NCBI RefSeq assembly: GCF_037042905.1
Contig: NC_087245.1
Span: 21,266,001 to 21,330,000 of the forward strand
DNA length: 64,000 nucleotides
DNA from: Lytechinus pictus
Lineage: Eukaryota
Direction of reading: 5' to 3'
Part shown: positions 25,511 through 36,803 of the stretch, piece after piece
How the letters are laid out: each line of letters opens with the position of its first letter
Position numbering within the stretch: the stretch's first letter is position 1
The notes under the pieces: model-generated
What the model was told of the DNA's origin: nothing
Seen by the model: only the letters and a program-made list of their open reading frames with translations
The model's database searches: none
Translations under genes and position numbers: made by a program

Positions 25511-28175
25511 TCAGTTAGTACCTTCTTTGCCACAAAGTCGTCTCCAGGCATCCACGGGAAAATGACAGAAAGCTGTCAAGATTCTGCTTACGTGTTGAAT
25601 GGTCCTCTCTTTTCTGTTCATGAACACATAGATCAGAGGATCCAGTAAGGAGTTTAGGTAGGCTACCCACATGGTCGTAACAGCAAAGGGATGACTGACG
25701 CTGATTTCAAAGGGACAAAAGTGGGTGACGCTGTAGGGTGTCCAACAAAGAATGGTAGTGAGTACCAACATTGCTCCTGAACAGAGAAAAAAAATGGAAA
25801 AAGTTACACATGCCAAACCCCTATAATACATAAGAGGTATAGTAATTTTATTTTTCTCCACAGTGTCGACAGTGCATTTGGTTTTCTGGATGTTTTATTT
25901 ATGTTTTTTCCATTGTTTGTCCTGAACGTTAGCGGTGAAAATATTTTTTTTTCAAAGGGCGTATATAGGCTGGGGCGTGCTCCCTCCCGCCGAGGCAGAG
26001 GAGTTCCGACACTAGCAAGCAAAACAAAGGTTGTACCCCTTATTCTGCTTTCAACAGCTGATTTCCCCAACTTTACAGTTCTACCTCCCAAGAGGTGCAC
26101 CCCGTACCACTTTAGTTCCAACTCCCCCAGGATGTGCACCCCCATGTTCAAACCAGCCTACGCCCTTGGTTTTTCCTACTTTGCCGATTGATCGACATGT
26201 ATATTTCTAAAATAACAATGAAGAAGAAAAAGAATTTCATGCAGTAAACTAGAATATAAGTTTGATTTCGACATCGCAATTTGTCATCATTATCAAGTAC
26301 TACTTGAACATAACATTTTGGAGTGAAACTTAAAATTATTTGTGTTCCGCGGAGTTGCCTTTCAGTTAAAGCGAAGGTAACTTGCAATATACACGTAGGA
26401 TTGCAATCCAGTGTCTTGGACTTGAAATCGATTAAATTTTTTTTTTATATGTAGGTGCAAAAAAAATCAGGAATATTCAGTATTACCCACTAAGGCAACT
26501 CGTTTTTCTCGGCTTAATCTTCGTTTCTTTCTTGATAACTTATTGCCGCTGCTCCTGTCCTCCCCACTGTCTGACGACGATGGGTTTATGCTCGACGAAG
26601 AACAGTTCTTTGGCTGATTGGAATCCGAAAGTTGCTGGGTGACACCAGTATGTTCATCAATTTGACCGGATATGGTATATGGCCCTGACGTCATGGTGTT
26701 CACCAATTGTTCGTCCTTCGTGTTAACGTGATGTGCAGGTTCATCGCCTTGAAATCCATAATTTTCTATTGCGGTAATTGGGAGATCGTCACGTTTTCCC
26801 CGATAATTATCAGCACTGTTGACACCATTCGTAAGCTCAATTTGAGTACTTGGAAATGAACACTCGTAACAATGCGGCCTTTGGTTTACATTCACCCGGT
26901 ACTTTCCATGGGCGTGTGACGCAGAGAATTTCTTAGATTCATCGTTCACTACTGTGGCTCTTCTTGTTGCGTCAAAGGAACGCAACTTCCGGTCACTCTT
27001 TAGGATGTGATATATGATGCATACATAGCAGATGATCATCACAGGGACGGTGATTACGAAAATGACTGTGGCCCAGATGGTATAATAGACACACGATTCA
27101 ACACCCCACTTAGGAGAACAATGGTGTGTATGCTCGGTGTATTCATAAGTGGTTAGAACACCGACTGCAGGAGGCAATCCGATGGAGATACAAGTAACCC
27201 ATACGAAAATAATGGTCAAATACATCCGACGTCTAGTTGGCGGGAAACGGGCTTGCCAGACGATGGAGAGGTATCGGTCCACGGCGATACACATGACATT
27301 GATGAAGTTGCCAATTGTGCAAGTTGTAGCGAAGAAGCCATTAATCTTTAGGACAAAATTGAAAGGCAGAAATAAACAAGGGGAAATAATTATCTATCCT
27401 AAGCAATTGTGGGACAAGCATGCTGTCGGAATAGACGTTTGTTTAAGAGTGAACTACACTGTTTCTACATTAAAGAAACAAGCATTGTTCAATTATGTTA
27501 AGGTGAAAGTTGGTCAATATAATCATGAACTATAGAACAAATTGTTTGCCAAACAGATATATATCGAATAACTTATCAAGAAAAAAAATTGTCTATGAAA
27601 TTCCCTTAATACAGTTTAGTTGTTGAGTGGGCCAACTTCTTAATGGCCCATACCCCCACCTCAAAAAAGGGGAAAATTGCAGACGAAGTGCAGCGTAGCC
27701 CATTCTGTTTACCAAAATTCACAGTATATTTTCAACGGCATAGTTAAAATGTATATGTATCAAGATTATCAATGAAGCACGTAGCCCCGAACTCGGAGTG
27801 TAATGCGTCCATTGCAAGACATTTCCCTTTTAAATTGAAATCCAACATTTTCCTTACCGTACAGACCGTTGCGTTGGTAGAAAGAAGGGTTCCACCATCA
27901 ATGACGGCGACGACAGAGAAACTCATGCTGAAGAGCACAACACCGAGGTCGATGATGTTAAGGTTGGCGATCAGGAGACTGTGATGGTGTTTTGTCTTCT
28001 GGGATGTCAGTATCTGTGTCATCGCCAAAATGTTCGCAAAGAACGAGGCAATCATGATAACCACAAGAGTGGTTGTTTCGAGTATTGCTTCTGGACTGTT
28101 CGACTCGTGCAAGGGTTCTCTGGTGATGTTTGAGTGCCATCTGCAGCTGCCTCCAGAGGAAAATGCCGAAAACAT
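25511..28175 (-). CDS. Orphan class A (rhodopsin-like) GPCR, copy A (3 coding exons, ~480 aa)
   Basis: Exons 28175-27858, 27345-26487, 25776-25511, GT-AG, phases 0 and 1. TM1 N (FANIL), TM2 NLNIID, TM3 C...IAVDRY, TM4 W, ECL2 Cys, TM6 CWTPY, TM7 NSLLDPLIY; long Ser-rich ICL3. Confidence 0.9.
25953..26168. mobile_element. MITE in GPCR-A last intron
   Basis: Imperfect TIRs CAAAGGGCGTA..GGCTGG / CCAGCCTACGCCCTTG. Confidence 0.45.
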
Positions 28176-29548
28176 GGCTCTGGTTTTTTTTATAACTCTT
28201 CCAAAAGTATGTCAAGTATTTATGAAGAAGATTACATGAACGCTACTTAATTACTGCTTATTGATCCCGTGGCCCTCAGAAAGGAATCTATAAAAAGATA
28301 CACACCATAGCCTCCATCTCTCACAGCGGAATACACACCTATGTGATTGATCAGATTCTTGCTAGTTTGTCTTCAAAACTTGCATGCTGTCATTTCAACG
28401 GTACAATTAAAATTTCTTTTTATAATTGTATTGATAATCTGCAATGGCAGTTGAGGTAAACTCATTATAGAGGTATGCTAAGGTAATATATCGTGTAATA
28501 TGAGATATAATTCGTATTATTGTTTTTAGTTGAGGAATGCGTTAAGAAAGATCTGGACAGAAGCTAATGACATCTCATTTTGAATAGATAACGTCCTGGT
28601 TGTAATCGTTACACATATCAGCTACAGTAGCGATCAATATGAAGTAAAGAGCGGATAGAAAAATGGATGTTTAGACGTTCCTCAACCTGTGGTGTGCAAG
28701 AAAATACTGTCCTACCGGCTATCACGACCCAATTGATCTTTCTTTTAATATCTTGCTGTTTATATACCACGGCACCGGTCCAAATTTGTTTCATGTTCAC
28801 ATTTATCACTTTAAAATTACGTATAGATTCCTCCATTGTCATGGGTCGAAGGGATTAGGCTGATCACATCTCGATTCATGTTAAGAGCAAAGGGTAATAA
28901 ATGTCATGATGAAATCATGGTAATTGCTGGCGTCAGACAACTTTTAATATTAACTTTCCTAATCAGCTAATTAATAGAACCTACCCAATACAAAATAAGC
29001 TGACAGCTACAGGCATATCATATCAAAATGATGAATGGTCTCTGCCAAGCCGCCAACAAACGCTCATCAACAAATTAATGTACATGAAAAACCTACTTAC
29101 ACTCTTGCGCAGACTGTCTGTTGTTGGGGGAGGGGTGGGCCCTTTGCCCCATTTGTGCCCATTTTGTTTTAACAAAAAAATACTCTGAGGTATGCCGTGC
29201 CTTATTTGTCACTTTGCGTCACTCATTTTTGTCCATTCAATTTCGGACTGATGATCCCAAGTTTAGTTGACATATACACACAAACAGCATGGCACGTCCT
29301 CAGACAGATGAAGTTTTTCTGATTGATATTATTTTGTTCAATAGAAACATACTTACAAACACTTAGTGTTGAAATGCGTGTTTGAAATTCTTAAATTCAT
29401 TTAATGATGGTGATATCAATGTCAAAGTATGTCAGGTGATGGAAAATGGGATAATTATTACGTTAAGTTTCTTAAGGATTGAGTTCCTCTGACTTTCCAT
29501 TTCGGCATAGCCTGGATGTGTTCAGTCAACAAACTCTAGTCTTTAATA

Positions 29549-29848
29549 TTACTACTACTACTACTACTACTACTAATCTGTATAGCGCTATCTATCTAGA
29601 AATATTCTATTCCGAGGCGCGTTGTTATTATTATTATTATTATTACCCCGGCTTTAGCTCGAACTGCCTTTCAGCGCTCATGCATTCAAGGAATTAATCC
29701 TGCCGGGTACCCATTCACCTCACCTTGGTTGAGTGCAGCACAATGTGGATAAATTCCTTGCTGAAGGAAATTACGCCATTGGCTGGGATTCGAACCCACG
29801 ACCCTCTGTTTCAATGTCAGAAGACTATTCCACTGGGCCACAACGCTT
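29549..29848 (-). mobile_element. Full-length tRNA-derived SINE with L2-type 3' end
   Basis: Minus strand: A box TGGCCCAGTGG, B box GGTTCGAATCC, core GCTGCACTCAACCAAGGTGAGGTGAATGGGTACC, AGCGCTATA end and (TAG)n tail. Confidence 0.85.
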
Positions 29849-30114
29849 CACATGTTATTCTTTCTATGTTATGACGACGTGATCATAGTGCATCTCTTCG
29901 TAGAGCTCAGTTTGGTTGGAACCAAGTTCAACCAACATCATCGACGTTGACCTTTGTTAAAATTGCCTTCGTACTTTGCCCCTTGGCTTTGCCCTTGAAA
30001 AGGGGCTTTTACTTCAGCAAATAGTGATAACATTATCGTGAATATAAACAAGGAAGAATGTGCCCGGTTCGCTGTATACGCTTACTGACGGGGACTGACA
30101 TGAGCTATCATAGC

Positions 30115-30268
30115 CAGGGGCCGCGGAACCGGGGGGGGGGGGCTGGGGGGGGGCTTCAGCCCCCCCACTTTTTTCCAAAACCGTGTACAAAAACGTAAAA
30201 ATGACCATATGATTGTGTTTTTTTGCATGGTCAGCCCCCCCACTTTGAAAATCGTTCCGCGGCCCCTG
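30115..30268. mobile_element. MITE with perfect 15-bp TIR and 5-bp TSD just upstream of GGACT3
   Basis: CAGGGGCCGCGGAAC / GTTCCGCGGCCCCTG; TSD ATAGC at 30110-30114 and 30269-30273. Confidence 0.85.
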
Positions 30269-30303
30269 ATAGCGACCATTCGACCATAAAGGAATCTCTT
30301 ATC

Positions 30304-31141
30304 ATGTTGTCGAACCGACTGTTCTTGTATGGAACTATTAAATCAGACCAACCCAATCATTCGTTTATTCCAAAGGAAGATCCACAAAGCTGTCGATTTC
30401 TTGGCACGGGAAAGACCGAGACAAAATGGCCGCTGGTGATCGCAACAAAATACAATTTTCCATTTCTCTTGGACTGTGAAGGGGAAGGCTACGTAAGTAA
30501 TGGTAGTTACTTTTTTTATCAGATATTTCTTTGCCTCAATATCGTGGTGACATCTGAGAACCAAAGAAATGAGCTGTAATAAAGAACATCACTGGTTTGA
30601 TTTTATCACTGATATAATAATACTTGATGTGGTCTTCTGTAAACAAAGGTGGTTTAGTTTTAGCACTATATTCTGTAGTATATTCGATATGCTGGCCTGA
30701 TGATTTGAAAAGAAATTACTTTTCAGTTGTGATTTGTTTTCTTTTGGAAAGAATCAATAATCATCAAATTATTGGTAATATACTCAGCACAAAACTTTAT
30801 TCCGTACCGATGACGTATTTTATGGTTGATAATGTCGATTAGGGGAAAGCGTTGGTTATACAGTGTCAACCTGTGAATGAAGTACTCTTTCACGATTTTC
30901 TCGNNNNNNNNNNNNNNNNNNNNNNNNNNNNNNNNNNNNNNNNNNNNNNNNNNNNNNNNNNNNNNNNNNNNNNNNNNNNNNNNNNNNNNNNNNNNNNNNN
31001 NNNNNNNNNNNNNNNNNNNNNNNNNNNNNNNNNNNNNNNGACATTTTTTCGGCATCACCAATTTTTCCAAAGGGTAGATAGCTCTGGGGAACCTTGATTT
31101 AAGCTACGCGTACCATTGTTCTCTTCATCCATTTATTTACA

Positions 31142-31224
<83 letters not shown>

Positions 31225-31311
31225 GCTACGCCTACCATTGTTCTCTTCATCCATTTCTTTACAATATTTAAATAAAAAGAGTTGCCAAAGCTGTTGTACA
31301 TGTATAACTTT

Positions 31312-31347
<36 letters not shown>

Positions 31348-32204
31348 CCATGCTGTCTTTATACAGTTCAGTGTTTGGAAAATAAAAAATGGGTAAGAAT
31401 ACAGGTTGTTATGTGCGATATTGGGGATATGAATTTTCTTTCATTCTTCTATTATTCAGTAATATTTTCTCAATCTATATCATAGAAGGTCGAAGGCGAA
31501 GTGTATGAGATGGATAATGGTCTCCTTTCCTATATCGACGAAAAAGAAGGTTATCCAGATCACTACGCTCGTCGTCAGGTCAACATCGTCTTGGACAAGA
31601 TGGCGGATGACCCCGAGCCAAACACCTCAAAGACATTGAGGTGTTGGTTTTATCTCTTACCTAGGTATACACAAGTTTCAAGTTTCACATTCTTATTTAT
31701 TTTTATTTTGTAGTATATGAAAATTTAAAAAAATGAAAAATTCAGAACTTGATGAAATAGGGTTAACATTATCCTCCGAACAGTTTCTTTTACTAGCTTT
31801 TATCGTCATTCATATTTCATTTGTATAAATATTATATTTAATTTCCAAAAATATTTTGCATTTCAACCTTCAGCAGCCATGATATAGATTCTATAAAGTA
31901 TATTGATATACTTAATGTTATTCGATTACATAACTAAGATAATTAATATATACACTCCACTTTTAAAATGCAGACCAAACTTATCCTTTACCATCACAAT
32001 CATGTTCTTCTCTTCTTTGACCTATACAGGTTTAGCCCATCTGTACTGGCACTCGAAAAATACAAGAGTTACGACAGCTATGGCGCCCACGGCAAGCAAT
32101 GCATCGAGGTATACGACCACAAGATAAAGGAATGGGTAGAGCCCATTGAGAAAGTGCATAGAGAGATTGCACTTTTACATGGAACTGATGAAAAATGCAA
32201 CTAA
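30304..32204 (+). CDS. GGACT: Gamma-glutamylaminecyclotransferase-like protein, copy 3 (3 exons, ~180 aa)
   Basis: Exons 30304-30492, 31486-31664, 32030-32204; same intron positions and phases as copies 1 and 2. Motifs [42 protein letters not shown]. Confidence 0.9.
30904..31039. other. Assembly gap (136 N)
   Basis: Run of N inside GGACT3 intron 1. Confidence 0.99.
31040..31265 (+). mobile_element. Terminal part of the (TA)n-associated tRNA-carrying repeat, plus a duplicated end
   Basis: 31040-31141 is the reverse complement of about 42813-42909; it is followed by (TA)n and a second copy of the last ~45 nt (31221-31265). Confidence 0.75.
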
Positions 32205-32693
32205 AGCCATTCGGCCGACAATTCATTTTCTGGTTGTTTATGATGTTCGGCACTGTGGTAATTCGATCATATTGATATTTTATTGCATCTTAATGCACAC
32301 TGTACTGTAGCTCTTCATTAGGGGACACGTCACAGTAACAAAATGGTGACATATTTTGCACAAGCATTTAGACTTTACGCCATCATAGTGAGAAATAATA
32401 GCTGGAATTTACTTAACATTTTTTTTAGTTCTTTGTTAGAGACAATAGTAGAGCCAGTAATGGCACTCGTTGCGTCGACTGTATTTATGCGAAGATATGA
32501 ATCTTACTTTGTCTTTTGTAGTTTCGCTTGTTTTATTTTCGAAGGGTTGAAAATCGTTTGTTACGAAAAGTTATTGTATGCAGCATTGATTAAAGCTATT
32601 TAAAAACATTTTTGTGTTAAAAAATCTTTCTCATCCTACACGAATATTCCTTTAATTCTACAACTACAAGATATGAATCTGCCGGTATATATA

Positions 32694-33680
32694 CACTCGG
32701 CAAAAAAGTTATTGGACACTTATAAAAGTTAAAATATTCCATATAGATATTTGATTAAAGGCAAATTATTGTATGCCAACATGACCAGACAATATTCCTC
32801 TTCCAGTATGACATGACATTTTCAGGTGAACAGTCACACATGGGTGGTTAAATGCTTTAAACAATAGCAATGTCAGTAAAAGAAAATTGCAAGAAATGGA
32901 TCAGTCAGTGCATGGCTGGTTACAGGCATTAAACAATAGCAATGTCAGTAAAAGAAAATTGCAAGAAAACGATCAGACATTATTTTAGTTGTGAAAGTTT
33001 GTGTGGCATAAATATCCATTAAACGATAAAAGCAAACTTAAAGTCAAATACCACTCTAAAAGTGAATAGAAAGTTATCCACCTTGGATGCATCACTATTC
33101 CACTGGAATTTTAAGTCAAAGTTAGTCGATGAAAAAAATGTCAAATTTTAGTATCTTGGCATAAGTAAAAGAAAATTATTCCTATCCTCCTATCTTCTGC
33201 AGGGGTGGTGGCCCTAGGTCGACCACTCCTAGGGCGGTCTCTAACTTCATCAGTAGCCAAATATCGCTGGTTCAAATTTGAAATTGTTGTTGGTGAAACT
33301 TGGAAATATCGAGCCACTTGTCTAAATGACTGCCCAGACTGCAACATTCCTATTGCTCTTGCACGCTCTTGGTTGGAAACCTTCATCTTGAAAGTGAGTG
33401 TCCAAATGATCCATCTAATTATGCATCCCATGATGCATCCCTAAGCATTCAATTCAAATGATAACCACCTGTTGAAATTGTTGAATGTATGCCTACAGGA
33501 TGGTCATGATCATTAGCATTTGATTGGTCAATTTCTTGCAATTTTCTTTTACTGGCATTGCTATTGTTTAAAGCATTTAACCACCCATGCGTGACGACAC
33601 ACAATAATTTGCCTTTAATCAAATATATATATGGAATATTTTAACTTTTATAAGTGTCCAAGAACTTTTTTTGCCGAGTG
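32694..33680 (-). mobile_element. Internally deleted Tc1/mariner transposon retaining the transposase N-terminal HTH
   Basis: About 80-bp outer TIRs (CACTCGGCAAAAAAG... / ...CTTTTTTTGCCGAGTG) plus an inner inverted block; TA on the left flank. ORF 33386-33141 reads MKVSNQERARAIGMLQSGQSFRQVARYFQVSPTTISNL...RPRSGRPRATT (paired-like HTH with GRPR); no DDE domain. Confidence 0.88.
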
Positions 33681-33871
33681 AATATATAAAGCGATAGCGC
33701 CATATTCATAAATGGGCAATCACAAGTTTATTTCAGGTAAACACAAACAGTATTGCGACTTGTGAAGATGAAATTGAAAGAGAGAGATTTATCAAAGTAA
33801 TTTAAATAGTCCTGTCTTGAAATGATGAGAATAAAGAAAAAATATCATAATTTGCATAATAGCATATAAAA

Positions 33872-34308
33872 TTCCTGCTGTCGCACAGTATGTTTATAGT
33901 GTGTAATTCACACAGTGGACTATGTGTAGATGTGATTCACACTGTTAAAATGCTCAAATTCAGCAGTGTAAAAACAATTCTAAACTGTGACACCTCTAAC
34001 GTGTGGGGTTCACAGTGTGTTCACGAAGTGAAATGTTTGAAGATGTGCTTCACACTGTTCAAAACTAAAAGTTAACAGTATACCAATGATCTCACACTAC
34101 GTTACGCAATGTGAGTCACACTGTAAACATACTGTGAACACGCTGTGGACACACTGTGAACACACACAGGCACAGAGTTACACTCTTTCTTACTCAGTGT
34201 GAACACACTGTGAGTACACTGTAAATGTGAACACACTGTGACACACAGTTACACTCTGTGTTACTCAATGTGAACACACTGTAAGACACTGTGTTCGTTC
34301 TAGCAGGG
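33872..34308. repeat. TIR-bounded element with CACACTGTGAA subrepeats
   Basis: Ends TCCTGCT.../...TAGCAGGG; dense ACACTGTG / CACAGTGT repeats. Confidence 0.55.
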
Positions 34309-36803
34309 ATTGTTCCTCACACTATAAAAGAGATGTCTTTTTATGATTTATGATGATAAACTTTGGCCTAATAATGAGATCACAAACACAATAACTCCGC
34401 AATACTCTAGCACCTATATGTATTTATTGGGATAATGTTTGTTATCATTAATTAGATAAAACAATATCAAAATAGTTTTCCAAGACACATATGGCCAATA
34501 GAAGAGACGTATGGGGTACGGTTGTGCAAGGGGGCACGAGCCCTCCCCTCCCATTTTTATACGCTATAATAAAATGTGAAAGAAATATTCTCATTAGCAA
34601 GAAATAAAGAAGTGCAGGTGTCAGAATTTTGAGGAAGTGCTTTGATTGTGTTTTTGTAAAACGTACGCCGCTATGTATGTAATTTTTTCAATGCTCAAAG
34701 GGTTTCAAGGCAGCATTCAAACATGGAATTCGCTTGCCAGCCAACATTTCGGTAAAATTACGAATTATTATGCACCGTACAATTACTACGTTACACATGA
34801 TATTTCTGTCTCTTCAAAAGGAAAATGAATATATTTTACTATTAACAATATGATTATATGAAATACAATCGGGGGCAGTGCTACATGGAGAAAGGGGCGA
34901 TCGCCCTTTCCTTACAAATTATATAAAATTATATAAAATAAAACAAGGGGGAGGGTAGTCCGGTTCAGTTATAAAAGCTGCTTTACAACGGAGCCCCCAC
35001 CTGTACAAACAGATATAGAACATAAACATGATTATCAAATATGCACAAAACAAATAAAAATTAACATTAAATATTACAAAATGCATAAAATAAAATAAAA
35101 TGAGTGATGAAAAAGAGGGAGGAAAATATAATACAATACAGCTATGAAAGAAAATAACTTATCTTGGATCATCTTGTCCCTCCTTCTCATCCCTGTGCCA
35201 CCTCTGACACCGTAAGATATAAATAAACAGAAAATTAAAATTAAAATTAATTTACTTGACTTGCTCTAATTTTCAATTCTATTTTGATCATCTTATTTTT
35301 ATATTATGATAGAAATGGTTTCTTAAAAGCAGGGATCCGATGGTGTTTGTAAAACCCCTTTTACTACATTTTGACGTTTATGGACAGCAGTACCATACCG
35401 TACAACTGCATGGTTCGAAACAATGCAAATATGAATTCTCTTAAAGAGGAGACGAATATAAACATGCCAGAAAGGAATCCACGGCTCCTTGTAACTGTAG
35501 TAAATCCACATGATGTGTCATCGTTATAATTCTGAGGGGTACAGATGTGTTAATACCCTAGTAATGTTGTCTAAAGAAAATGGTGGTATACGTTAAATTT
35601 TTTATATTTCAAGGTAATAAATTATAGAATGTAAAATGTTATAAAGGCGAAAACTAGAGCTCGTAAAAGAGTGATATCATCTGAAGATTTTAATGGTGTT
35701 ACTATTATTGGTCGAGGTACTTACATGTATATGTTTATACCTCCTCGTCTCTTTAAAAGACTACGATTCTCATGTAGCAAATTCCTTTACCTTCAAAGCC
35801 TGTCTAAAAATTGGTATGTGTTCCATAGTTTGAATAACACTGGAGTATCGTCTTACATTCAAAAATTACAAAAGGATGGCAATAGTTACATTTTTGATAT
35901 CGATTTTTTATTGTGAAAAAAAGTTGATGCTACATTTTGAAATTCATTTTACATTTCAAGATGTTACAATCTTGAACGTATATTCATAAAATTTGTAAAT
36001 ATTAATTTAGGGATTCTCTTCGTTTTGAAAAGATATTTTCTTTAAATATGAAAACCTAAAACATTTAAAGGAGAAAATGTGTCAAAGAATCACATGACGT
36101 AGTGTATCTTCAACTGGGAGGTATATAGGGTCCTCAGTATTAGATTATACTAGAGAAACGTAGGAATCTCAATTCTGGACATTAAGTATCTCCAATGTAA
36201 AGTTGAGAGAATGTGGGTCTTTTTTTTATTTTAACATTCAATGTTATCCTGTCTTATTCATTTTGTCCTGTCAAGGATGTTCATAAGATGTTCCACTCCG
36301 TATGGAACGTAATGCTTTGTCGAGAAAATACTGCAAACCTCTTTGCGGATGACATCGAACTCGATCACAACAACTGGACTCATTTACGAGTAAAAGTCAG
36401 TACTAGTAAAAAAACACTTCCAATTGAATATTTAACTGTTAAATTTTAAATAGAGGATCTTGAAACTATTGTATTCTCTTGGCATACAAATGCGTCTCGA
36501 TCAATACAGATTCCTTGGCCTGTATGATATGGGGTCTATCGTGAAGATGAGGCCAACCAGTCGACAGTCTTTTTAAAATACATTCTAAGTGTCACCCTAT
36601 GAAATTCCATGCTCCACAAAATGGTGTTTCTTTCATTTTTCTGATCGTTCCTTTTCATCAACCCAAGACCGCCGCGTCTAGACCTTTCATTTTGCCTATA
36701 CCTAATCCAATTAGTCTTCTTGATAAAGGCAGATGCTTTGACTTATGTAGCAAGGACTTGACGGGTACTATCCACAGGATGAGTTTTTGTCAAAGAAATA
36801 AAG

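Noticed and set aside
33141-33431. Pax/paired-box host gene
   Set aside because: The HTH lies between transposon TIRs and matches the Tc1 transposase N-terminus.
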